Positions 12,301 to 23,420 of a stretch of 64,000 bases of DNA are shown in pieces. The translations under genes were made by a program, and so were the position numbers. The notes under the pieces are model-generated. The model ran no database searches. It was not told the DNA's origin and saw only the letters and a program-made list of their open reading frames with translations. The DNA comes from Phyllobates terribilis (lineage: Eukaryota): assembly GCF_046119375.1 (NCBI RefSeq), contig NW_027366436.1, positions 1 to 64,000 of the forward strand, written 5' to 3'. Numbering within the stretch: position 1 is the first letter of the stretch; every line of letters starts with the position of its first letter.

Positions 12301-14934
12301 TAGACACCTTAGGGCTCCAAGATTTTGCAAAGAAGTGGTGGCACAACCTAATCCGAGAGAGGTGGATCAAGTCTCAACCTTCCATCACTACATGGAAGGA
12401 GATGAAGGATGTCATGAGGGCAAGGTTTGTACCTCACCATTATGCAAGAGAAATGAATCAAAGGTTGGAGAATTTGAAGCAAGGAAGCATGAGTGTGGAG
12501 GAAGTGTACAATGCCATGCACATGACCATGATCAAGGCCAATGTGAGTGAAGATGATGAGGCTACCATTGCTAGGTACCTAAGGGTATTGAATCCATCCA
12601 TTGACATGGAAGTGAGCATGTACCCCTACATCACAAGTAGATAACTTCTTCACAATGCCATCAAGGTGGAGAGAAAGCTCAAGGCAAGAGCATTCCAAGG
12701 GAGTAAGCCAAACAACTCCAACAACAATACATGGGAAAGAAAGGTAGGAAGAGCTAACTAAAACAAGCCCAAGGAAGTCATAGTTCCAAAGATCCATACA
12801 AGGACCATTCCTACCAGCTGCCTAAGCTCCAAGTTTCATACTTTAGCAACCAATGGAGTACTTCTAAACCCTCTCATACTTCTCACTCTATGAACACTCG
12901 GACTAGTAACATAGAATGCCTTAAGTGTCAAGGTAGGGGTCACTATGAGAAATATTGTCCTAACAAGGGAGACATGATAACCAATGCATTAGGACAACTT
13001 GATTATGAACTTATTCATGAAATTGACAATTACCTTAACCATATTTATGAGCATGAGAATGAACTAGTGCATAATGAAGAGCTAGAGTATGAACAAGGTG
13101 CAAGCCTTAGTTGCAAGAAATCCCTTAAGGTCCAAACTAAACTTGTGGAAGATAACCTAGAAGAAAACTTGTATCCTAGTAAGTGTCTAGTTAAGGATAA
13201 GGTGTGTGACTTAACCATAGATGGAGATAGTTGTTGCAACATAGCTACCAATGAATTAGTCCAAGAACTACAACTAATCTCGGTTTTGCACCCTAGGCCT
13301 TATGAGCTTCATTGGATGAATGATTGTTTAGAGTTTAAAGTACATGGGAAATGTAAGTTAACACTTAAATTTGACCATTACATAAACACAATCTCATTAT
13401 ACATTCTAGCTATGCAAGAAATTCACTTTCTCTTAGAGAAACCTTGGCAAGATGGTAACAAAGTGATGCATGATGGTTATGCTAACAAGTACCCTTTATT
13501 GTTCAATGGTGAGCAAATTACTCTCAAGCCTATTACTCGATTTCAGATTCTTAGGGCTGCAGAATGTAAAAGGATCAAGGAAAAGGAGAAGTCCATTGGC
13601 GAGGACAAGAAGTCAAGGCACAAAGCAAAGAACCAAGAGAGTTACATTTGCATATACTAGCCTCCAAGGTGCCAAGACATGTGCAATATTTTCTCATACA
13701 TGAGTGGCCTAAAGATACAAGACTTGTGTGTATGACCAAGAAGCACACTCAAGCCTTAGATGACAGATTTAGAGGCTCCCACCCACAAATGCAGCAAGAA
13801 GAGTTCCAAGATGAATCATTGGAGGAGGAGGATCATGAGGAGACATTGCACACCATAGGAGGAGGTGGCCTGGGGTCAGGCCTCTCTCAAGAGGGAGGGA
13901 ATGATGCAGGAGCATACTCAATGCAAACAAGTCAAGGACCCCTCACAAGAGATATGACAAAGAAACTAGAAGGCATGGTCAAGGAGGCCACTTTGATCTT
14001 GAAGGTAACACATGAGATGACCCCCTTTACCTCCCATCTTCTAGTATGCTATAGAGAAGACAATCTCCTACAAATACCATTAAGACACCTCCCCCATTCA
14101 AGGCCTTCATCATGGCTGCAGCCTGCAAGTCACATGTTGTGAAGCTACCCGGATAAGATCAAGTTATGAAGGCTATTTTGGGTTTGGTTTCAACACACCA
14201 AATGGAACCCATTGCTTCCACCCTTCTAGTATGTGGAAGAGGTGCATATCCCAAACAAATCCAATGAAGAAATCAAGGCCATCCAAGATCAAGATCAAGA
14301 TCAAGGTTGCACGTGTCACTTTTTTGAAACTATCACACTTTTACACCTTACCCAGCTAGGTTGTAAAAGTGTGAAATTCTACCCCTTTTCCCTAAATCTT
14401 TTAAGGAACTTTCCTAAGGGTATTTTTGACCTATTTAGTCTATCTTTCATCTGGTAGAAGGCCTTGGTCATTGGAGGTATAAAAGCCAAAAATGACCTAA
14501 CCAAAAGGGCCTTTGATTGAGTTGATGTTGTAGTAGAGTAAAAACTCCTCCTAGTTTCTCATGGGCCATCTTTGTTAGTTTGAGCAGAGCTATCAAACTG
14601 CTTACCTTGCCTATTTCATCTTGTTTATGTAATTGATTGTGTAAACTTGTTGAATGGGAAACTCTTGGTGCTCATGGTAGTATATCTCCATGTTGTGTTA
14701 AGTTATAGCTTATTTTGATCATTCTCTTCTTGTATTGTGTTGAGGTTAAGTCCAAGGTGCCTTACATAGATAAAGAAGTTATCTTCAAGAACATATTCAT
14801 TTCTTCCCTTAAAACTCTTTCTTTCTTCTTGTTCTTGCTTGTTTTCAAGTTTGAACAACACTTAGAACACTTGTTCTTAGTGTGTGTTGGTTGAACACTC
14901 TAGATCCGAGATTGTAGGAGATAATCCTACATCA
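9392..14934 (+). mobile_element. Non-autonomous CRM-clade (centromeric chromovirus) Ty3/gypsy element, 5543 bp
   Basis: LTRs 9392-10421 and 13902-14934 (TGATG...CATCA), TSD ACAAT, PBS-Met TGGTATCAGAGC 10424-10435, PPT AAGAGGGAGGGAA. Has gag, zinc knuckle and protease but no RT/RH/INT. A QEGGND...GPLTR..TKKL motif runs into the 3' LTR. Confidence 0.92.
11646..13660 (+). pseudogene. CRM gag-protease remnant
   Basis: KFKIPSYEGKYDP...KKWW...TTWKEMKDVMRARFVP (gag), CLKCQGRGHYEKYC (knuckle), CDLTIDGDSCCNIA...HPRPYELHW (protease). Broken by stops and frameshifts. Confidence 0.9.
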
Positions 14935-17900
14935 ACAATGAATGATGATGGGAAAACGAACTAGTGGAGATGAGCGAAGATGGAACAAAGGTGGAAGCTT
15001 TCTCTGGTTGTTGCTGAATTCTACGTAAATGAATGAATGAATGAATGAACGAATGAATCCTAAAACCTAATTTTCTAAGCCTTATATAGTCTCTAATAAA
15101 AGGGAATTAAAATAAATGAAAACAAATCAAAAGATGTGGAAATAACTAATAAAATCTCGAAATAAATCTTCAATTCTGGGCAATCCGTGTCCGCGTCACG
15201 ACCGTGACACAGGGGTCACGATCGTGATCTTGGTCTAGTTCTTCGTTCTACATTGGTCACGATCATGACAAAGCCTCTCAGTCGTGACAACTCAACTGCG
15301 GCTTAGTCACGGTCGTGACATCTTTGTCTCGGTCGTGACTTCTTCTCCTGAGGATGAATCTCGGCCGTGAGCCTCTATCTCGGTTGTGACTTCTTCTCCT
15401 GAGACGGACTTCTAGCTTCTGTAAGCGTCGAGGCAGCTCGGCTTCGCCTCGCGGCTTCTCCTGGGATGTAGGTGTGGAATACTTCATCTAGCTCCATCCC
15501 GAATGTACTAAAAGTGAGCACAAACGGGATCTCCATAATAAAACTACTAAAAACTGTTTACAAGCACCCCGCTAATCCATAAATGAACTCTAAACCGGAT
15601 TCTGGGTATACCACTCGTTATGCACCTAAACACCACTAAAACTAGTCTAATAGTCACTAGTTAACACCATATAACAAGCTCCGATCAACTTCTCCTGGTC
15701 TGCTCGCTCTTGAACGTTGAATTCATAGCGAGCTTGAAGACGTGTTGATGCACATTCACCTGCTCTGGGTTCAAAAAGGCCAGGATGGACGAATTGCGAG
15801 ACGGAGACAGAAACACATGCTTTTTCCATGCATGTGTGGTTGTCAGGAGGAAGATGAATATGATCGAAGGCCTTAGAAATAGCAATGGACATTGGGTCTC
15901 AGACATATTATCGAGGAAGCGGTTAGTAACAGGGCTTAAAAGCCGGTTCAGTTGAGCAATCCCGGGCCGGCCTTGTCGCACCTTTTCTTTGCCGACGACC
16001 TTGTGCTCTTCGTCGAAGCCTCACTCGACCAAGTTCAAGTGATTTGCTATTGCCTCGAAATTTTTTATGAATAATCTGATAGCAAGATCAACTACTCAAA
16101 GTCGCTTGCTTGCTTTTCCAACTCAACTCAGTGGCAGGTGGTGGAAGACATATCGGCTTCTAGCGGGATTCCTTCCACGGAGGACTTGGGGCATTACTTG
16201 GGTGTTAATATAACCAAGAAGAGGGCGACTAAAGAGCAATTCAAACACATCACTGAGAAAGTTAGCCCCAGGCTTGCCGAATGGAAGGCTAAATGTCTCT
16301 CCGTGGCTGGGCGAATTACTCTGGCCAAGTCAGTTCTGGAGACGATTTTGTATTATGCAATGAAGACCTCGGATGTTCCTCTCCATGTCTGCGATAAGTT
16401 GGAAAGGACTACAAGGAAATTTGTATGGGGTAGTACAGATTCCAGGAGAAAGACGCATCTCATGGCATGGGATGTTCTGAAAGAACCCAAAATTGTCGGA
16501 GGATTAGGTTTTCGAAGCATGAGGCAGGTGAATAGTGCCTTCAAAACTAAGCTCAGCTGAAGGCTTATAAGGATCCTGAATCACTATGGTCGAGGGTGGT
16601 GAGGGGAAAATATTGCCATGGTCGATGCGATCAGGATATCTTCCAAAAGGTTCAAGGCACGTCTCAAATCTGGAATGGAATGGTGAAGAACAAGGAGGTT
16701 CTGAATCGTGGTCTTCGTACTGCAGTCGCTGATGGATGGAGGACCCTCTTTTGGTCTCATCCGTGGGTCACTGACACTCCTTTGGAGGATATGGCGCTCA
16801 ACCGGATCGGTGAGGATGATCTGGGATGCATTGTGGCGGATTACCGACAGAATGGGGTGTGGCAATGGAGCAGGTTTGCTCATCTCCTTCCCGCCAAAGC
16901 AATAGCTAAAATTGTTGTGATCGAGCTTGTGGCAGAGGAGTGCTCAGACAATTTTGACTGAAAATAGGATATCTCTGGCCAGTTTTCTGTCAAGTCCGCA
17001 ATGACTATCCTTCGCAGAGATGAGGGTGATTTGGAATCCAGTGTGTGGCGAAATATATGGAAAATCAAAGCTCTTGAGCGCGCTAAGGTTTTCCTTTGGC
17101 TTGCTATCCACAAGGCCATCCTTACGAACGCGGAGCGGGAGAGACGACACTTGACTACCGATGCACGCTGATATGCTTGCAATCATCCCATGGAGGATGT
17201 CCTACACATTCTTTGCGACTGCAGAAAGGTGAGAGAAACTTGGGAGCAGCTTGTGCCAAATAGCTGGATTGGTGAGTTCCTGGATTTGAACCATAATGAG
17301 TGGATTAAAAGAAACATCGATGGGGTGGGAGAGTGGGCATCGCTGTTTACTATGGCTATCTGGTGGCTATGGAATTGGAGGAACATTAGAATTTTCGGTG
17401 ATGAAACCACCATCCCTCACCTCAAAGAGGAATTTATTGCTGCAAAGATGTTCGAATTCAGGCAATCCAAACATTTCAAGACAGTCGCTGATGTTACTAG
17501 GAAGAGGAGTGCAATGAAAAGAGATAAGAAATGGAGTAAACTGGTGGCGGGCTGCGCTAAACTAAACACAGATGGCACGTACAGGGCTGCGGATGAGTTC
17601 ATTGGAGCGGGGGGGCTTACTGAGGGACTCCAGGGAAAGGTTTTTCAGGGCCTTTGCTATGCGGGGGAAGGGCAATTGTGCTTACAAAGCTGAGCTAGTT
17701 GGGGTTCTTTATGGTCTAACTATGGCAAAGAACATGAGGATCTCTCGTCTGCACGTGGAGTTGGACAATCAGATGGTCTTGAAAGCATTGATGGAATGCA
17801 ACCATTATGAAGTGCAAGAAGCTTCTCTATGAGGAGGACTAGAATCTGGAACTCTCTTATGTTCCACGCGAGGCAAACAAAGCGGCGAAGTATCTCGCCA

Positions 17901-18559
17901 AGGCTAGTAGAAATATTACTGATGATTTTGTCATTTTTTATTCTCCTCCTACAGAACTTCAGCAGATATGTTCTGTTGATGCTTCTAACACTATGTAATC
18001 CCCTATTTTCTAAATAAATAGGCTTGGCCCTCCCTTTGAGCAAAAAAAAATAAGAATAAGAGTAGAAAAATGGTCCACTTCAATTCATGTGAAGCCAAAA
18101 AATGAGTAAAAAATTCATCTACTTACCTTTACTTGTTACAACTACCTTTCTTTTTACTTCAAAATCCTTAAAGCCTCCTTCCATCTCTCCTTCCTTCTCC
18201 TTTCACTGAAAAGTGCGAGTCTGGCCTTAAACTTCCAAAGGAATCCCACCTTCTTCTTCTTGCATTTAAATCGACATTGTGTTAATACTAAAACCACATA
18301 TAGCAACCAATTTCTACAACCCTGATCCAAAACACATGAACCCCCCCCCCCCTAAATCAATCGAATTGACCTCGAAATCAAATCGGAACCCTAAATCATA
18401 CATGTGGAATGAATCAATCGAGTCGACCTTAAAATATCTCTTAGGTATAAAAAATCAGATGACCCCCCCCTCCCCCCCCCTTCCACACACACAAATCGAT
18501 TGACGAGGCTGGATTACAAAACCCCCAAATCGAAACCTAGGGCTTGGGGTAAATCTGAG

Positions 18560-18802
18560 GCCGGGTAAGTTTACAATGATTTGGGGTGAATATAAGAATG
18601 AAGTAAAAAATTAAAGAAAAATAGGAAAATAAGGGCATTGTAGTAATTTCAAGGAGAAAACGGCAAAATGTGACAGAACTTTGGCTTGGGTGGTTAATGG
18701 CTAACAGAAGTCACTTAACGGGTGTGTTAAAAAATATATTTTTTGTATAATGGATGGTTGTGTTGAAATTAGCCTATTTAACGGGTGGTTTCGGAACTTT
18801 TC
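18560..18802. mobile_element. Possible Mutator-like terminal inverted repeat (one end only)
   Basis: Ends ...GGTGGTTTCGGAACTTTTC, resembling MULE TIR architecture. The partner end is not clearly seen. Confidence 0.3.
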
Positions 18803-18908
18803 TAAAAAATAATAATATGCATATATTTTCTTCTATTTAGCTCCACCAAATCATAGCGGTAAAAACTAGTCCCCAATCTAGGGACGATGCATACTATACA
18901 TGTCCTTA

Positions 18909-19150
18909 GGCTATTATCAATGGGGATTTTATAAATTGGGTTCCATAATTTATTTTATCCTTTTTCCTATTAAAAATCATTAAAAATCATATTTGATTAT
19001 TATAGGGGTAAAATATGTATGAAACTTAGGATGAAACTCTAACTTGTTACAAAATATGTAACTCTTGCAAGAGTTTCATTATAAGGTTTAAACTATTCAA
19101 ATGAAACTTACTATTAAAAAGATGCTACGGAACCCCCATTGCACATAGCC
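18909..19150. mobile_element. Tourist-like MITE
   Basis: TIR GGCTATTATCAATGGGG / CCCCATTGCACATAGCC with TTA on both sides. Removal restores the match to the duplicate at ~20745. Confidence 0.82.
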
Positions 19151-19166
19151 TTAAGGGCCAAATAGT

Positions 19167-20220
19167 CCATAATCGCTTTTTTTTTATTTTTTTGAAGAGA
19201 AAGATGCTAAAAGGCATCTTACTTACTGATATACTCTCTCTACGGGTTTGTTCGTCTAAACCACATTATCAATTATAATGAGATTTTTTAAAATAAGTAT
19301 TTTTAAATTTTTGAAATATGTGCCAAAAAAGTAGAAGAAAGATGTAGAATAATGACATTATAATGTATGCTGGCCAAACAAAATTATTCTAGAAAAATCC
19401 CATTATAATAAAAAAAATGACATGATATGGATTTACACGAACAAGCCTGTTTTTCTCATTTGAATAATATTTATTATTTATAATTTAGGTCATTTTTTCT
19501 AGTTTTCCTCAATTATATATGAAGAAATATAGTCGAATGTGGTCTTCTATAATTCATCTCAACGAGTACTTTAAGAACATTAAAAAATAATAATTTTTAC
19601 TTCCACATATTTAGCGATATTAACGATACAAAACATACATCGATATACGTCCTAAAAGTATTGAGAAGAATAAAAAGGACGGATGGAGTAACTCATATCT
19701 CTCACAGCATTACCCATTACATCTAAATGTAAACGAAAGTTCCATGACCGACGACCTAAGGTCTATGCTTCAATTCTGGCTAGATCATGTGCAAGAGTAT
19801 TACCCTCCTTTTCGTGTGGTTCCATCTGATATAATAAAACACCTGGGAAAGTCCACAAAATATTGCCTAATGGGTTCAATTTCAATTTGACTGTTGCAAT
19901 TAGTCTTGAGGAAATTGATAACTTGAAGGTTGTCGTCGTCTATAATTACCCTGCAAAACCTGTGCACGGACACCATCTGGATGCCTTTGAGAATCGCCAT
20001 TGCCTCTGCCACTAGCGACAAGAAACTAATCTCCACTTGTTCAGTCGCCGCCACAATCGTTCTTCCACCCCGGTCTCGGATCACTATTCCAAAGCCAGTT
20101 CCCCCATCCCCTCTAATTCTGGCATTGGTATTCAGTTTGAGATACTTTTCTTTGGGGAGTGATCCATTTCACTCGCTCTTGATTGCACTTGGTTGTCGAG
20201 GTGGTTCGCTTTGGCTTGCT
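19167..20220 (-). mobile_element. 5'-truncated LINE (RNase H + 3' tail)
   Basis: Poly-T at ~19167-19192 is the minus-strand tail. KLNTNARIRGDGGTGFGIVIRD...AEAMAILKGIQ...IIDDDNLQVI is an RVT_3-type RNase H. Confidence 0.8.
19234..19688. mobile_element. Stowaway-like MITE with a nested Tourist-like MITE (19244-19447)
   Basis: TA|CTCTCTCT... and ...GGACGGATGGAG|TA. The inner element has TIRs GGGTTTGTTCGTCTAAACC / GGATTTACACGAACAAGCC. Confidence 0.6.
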
Positions 20221-20848
20221 CCTATGTTCACGATCTCTAGGATTTTGATATTGTGATAGATTTAAGGATATCTAGAATTCCGATATTGTGACAGTGTTAA
20301 GGATCTCAATGATTTAGGAGCTGTAAGGGCTAGATTGGGGGCTATATGAATCCAAGTGATCATTAACTCTGTCATAATATCGGAAAGTATGCATGAGAGT
20401 TTCTGAATAAAAACTACACAAAAATCAACGGGCAAAGTCTCAAAGGTATCTCTTGGCATTTGTACGAAGATTGCTCTTGACCACCATTTATATCAGACCG
20501 TTGTGATTTGGCTTGGTCTATGATTTTTCTTATTTTAAGCTCGATCTGATCCAAAATCGGTTAGGTCTAGATCGATATTTAAAAATATTAGTAATAATTT
20601 TAATTATATAAGATAATATATATTAATATTATTTAATATTTTAAATGATTTTTATATTAATATAATACTTCTCTCTTTTTAGCTCCACCAAGTTGTGGCA
20701 GCAAAAAATAGTCCACAATCAAGTGATTGGTGCATATTGTACATGTTATTAACGGTCAGATAGTCCGTAATCGCATAGTTTAGGATCTTTAGGATTCTAA
20801 TATTGTGATATAGTTAAGGATTTCTAGGACTCTGATATTGTAACAGGA

Positions 20849-22292
20849 TGTTGAGATAAAGTATCTCATATTAGAAGTAGAAAAATAATAAGTCTAGTGT
20901 AAAAGTCCATGGAATACTCCTCCTATTGTCAATTGGTTTTAGAATGGAATCCTATTGAGATTGTATGTCGGGACGGAATGCACTTATGCACTCGTACGTG
21001 CACAACCTCTTTATCCATGTTGGACGTAGGATCCATGTAATTTGACATGGTATCAGAGCTAGGGTTCGGTCTTGGGCTCACGAGTATGTTGGTACGTTGG
21101 CAATAAAAATAATAAGATGCCTACCCACACACGTTTATTCAAGTGTCAACTGGGTCAGTTGAGACCCATTGCACTTACAAGGTGTTGGATCAAGGTCTCT
21201 CCACAAATCAAGTGTTCAGCATGACTTGAAATTCGATCTTGCGGAAGAGAGAGATTGCAAATGGTTGTAGCAAGATTTCACAAATAATGTGGAACCTTAG
21301 ATCACAAATGATCCAGGATAAAACTCACACTCTTGATTATTATTACTCTACGAGATTACAAACGTTTTCTCATACACACTCTTACTATCTAGTGTTTGTG
21401 TATTCACATCCTGGAATGAATAGAAACTCTCTAGCTCTCAATAAAGTAATAACTCCCCCAAAGCATAAAACTCAGAACCCTTAACTAGTTCTATATCTAT
21501 CCTATTTATAGACAAGCTTAACACTCAGCTTGCTATACAAAACTATAAGCTACACATTTAACATGTGCTTAAAAACTATTAGTCAACAAGAATCCGCTTC
21601 TTGATTCCGTTGAACTAACTCTACCACTTGACAAAGCTTGCCAGATTAATTGGCACATGGTGGAGATTGATCTTCTACGTTCAACTCGCGCTTACCACTT
21701 GTATATTAAGCAAACACGTGGACGGTCCATGTTGCTTGATCTAGCTGTAACTTGCACCACTTGCATTTTCCTTAGTTGCATATTTATCACGTGCTTATTA
21801 GTAAAGACGTGTTTTCTCCTGGTTTTCCTTTCTGTTGTACGCACTTCTTCCATTTCCTCTTACTGGTTCACTTGTTCTCTTTTCTGGAGTATCAATGTGT
21901 CTATCGCGCTTCTAAACGACCTTGTAAATGTCTAAGCGCGACCCTTGCACTTATTAATTCTTATAAGCGAGACTCCATATGTGTAAGCTAGACCATAATA
22001 TCTATAAGCATGACCTGTAACACTTAAAACTCATATAGATTGTTAGATACTAAGTTTATACTCATCAAAACTTGAGAAACTAAGTTAAGCTACTACTAGC
22101 TCAACTAACACAGAGGAGTGTTGAAATAAAGTATTCTCACATCGGAAGTTGGGATATAATAAACCTAGTATATAAACCCATGGATTACTCCTCTTATTGC
22201 CAATTGATTTTATGATGGAACTTATTGTGTTTGTATGTTGTGCCGGATTGCACTTATGCGTTCGTACGTGCGCGAATCCATGTAATTTGACA
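20849..22292 (+). mobile_element. TRIM (terminal-repeat retrotransposon in miniature) with a nested solo LTR
   Basis: LTRs 20849-21047 and 22119-22292 (TGTTGA...TTTGACA), PBS-Met at 21048-21059, short purine tract before LTR2. TSD imperfect (CAGGA/CAGAG). Confidence 0.8.
21183..22110 (-). mobile_element. Probable Copia-type solo LTR (~930 bp) inside the TRIM
   Basis: Minus strand reads TGTTAGTTG...GATCCAACA with CTATAAATAGG at ~21500-21511. TSD degenerate (CAAGG/CAGAG). Confidence 0.6.
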
Positions 22293-22404
22293 CAGAGTTA
22301 AGGATCACTAGGATTAAAGAACTACATCAAAGGGCCAGATTGAGGACAATATAAATTCTAGAGATCATTAACTCTGTTACAATATCAGAACGTACACATA
22401 AGAG

Positions 22405-22925
22405 TGTAACACCTCGTGTTAGTAATCCGTATAATGATTAAATTGCTACTCATGTCAACAAGAGCTCTCCCCTATTCATGGTTCAAGAAAGGACAAAGAA
22501 CTATATAGTTAAGCGTGTTGGGGTCAAAGTAGACGCGGGATGGGTGACCTCCTAGAAAGTTCTCGTGTTGTCACAATGGTAGCACTTTTAAGACTGCAAG
22601 GCTTACAAATGGTATCAGAGCCGACTTTGTGGTTTGAGTGCGCTTGGCCAAGTGAGGCGGATCAGTCAGGAGGGTGGTCATTTGGTCTTGACAAGGTCAT
22701 TAAGAGTTTATGTTAGGATGATTGTAACATCCCGTGTTTGTAATCCATATAATGATTAGGTTGCTACTCATATCAACAAGAGTTCTCTCCTTTTCACGGT
22801 TCAAGTGAGGATAAAAAACTATGAAGTTAAGCGTGCTGGAATGAGACTAGTCCTAGGATGAGTGACCTCTTAGGAAGTTCCCGCGTTGACAAGAGGATAG
22901 CACTTCTAAGTCTACGAGGCTTATG
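22405..22925 (+). mobile_element. Cassandra TRIM with 5S rRNA-like LTR domains
   Basis: LTRs 22405-22607 and 22723-22925, PBS-Met 22610-22621, TSD AAGAG/GAGAG. Each LTR holds AGTTAAGCGTG...GGATG(G/A)GTGACCTC.TAG.AAGT, matching 5S boxes A, IE and C. Confidence 0.92.
22507..22573 (+). promoter_or_regulatory. 5S-derived Pol III internal promoter (box A/IE/box C) in Cassandra LTR1; second copy 22825-22889
   Basis: Matches the 3' half of plant 5S rRNA (GTTAAGCGTGCTTGGGCGAGAGTAGTACTAGGATGGGTGACCTCCTGGGAAGTCCTCGTGTTG) with substitutions. Confidence 0.85.
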
Positions 22926-23420
22926 GAGAGTTTCACGATAAATTATAAGTCTCAGCGATCTCTTGACCGACATCGATATCGGGTTGTTGTGTTTCGGTTC
23001 GGTAATTGGCCTATGATTTTTCATATTTCGAGTTTGGCCTGGTGTGATCTAAATTGGTCTGGTCTAGACTAATATTTAAAAATATTAATAATAATTTGAA
23101 TTATATAAGATAATATATATACACGTTATAATATTATTAACATTTTAAATTAGTTTTATATGATGTATAGCAATAAGTTATAAATAAAAAAATCTTCTAA
23201 TTTCTATAAATTACTTTGGTAAAAAAAATGCAAACCGTTCAAATTTCCACACATTCCCGCAATTTTAGGAGCCATAGCGAGGAGAAACAATGGATTCCTT
23301 TCCCAAATTCAAATCAGAGTCCGCCAAAATCCATTCCGTTTCACCCTCATCATCCAATGACCAAACCCTAACAAGAAAACAAAATCGATACCATCCAACG
23401 AGCCTCGACTAGTAATTTGA

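Larger units (their letters stand above)
8592..15687 (-). mobile_element. Athila-family solo LTR (~1.55 kb; 8592-9391 + 14940-15687), split by the CRM-type element
   Basis: TG...CA ends with 5-bp TSD ACTTC (8587-8591, 15688-15692). It is the reverse complement of the Athila LTR at 47550-49087. Confidence 0.93.
8540..18050 (+). mobile_element. Old L1 LINE with RNase H (LINE-B); visible pieces 8540-8591 and 15693-18050; RT internally deleted
   Basis: Joining across the solo LTR gives LAGVQCRLYGGTSPGLL...DGDRNTCFFHA. Then LSHLFFADD, zf-RVT (KVFLWLAIHKAILTN), RNase H (KLNTDG...YKAELVGVLYGL...HVELDNQ) and an A9 tail at 18042-18050. Confidence 0.9.
18836..23170 (+). repeat. Tandem duplication of a ~0.5-kb unit (copy A 18836-20670, copy B 20678-23170), both expanded by TE insertions
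   Basis: Shared anchors TTTAGCTCCACCAA, ATAGTCC.TAATCGC, ~33-bp AGGAT..CTAGGA..CTGATATTGTGA repeats, GATCATTAACTCTGT and AATATTTAAAAATATTA.TAATAATT. Confidence 0.8.

Noticed and set aside
20237-20848. ~33-bp repeats as a CRISPR-like array
   Set aside because: The context is eukaryotic, there are no unique spacers, and the repeats are degenerate tandem units within a duplicated segment.
22507-22889. 5S rRNA genes
   Set aside because: Only the 3' half is present, it is diverged, and both copies sit inside paired LTRs with a PBS. This is a Cassandra element.
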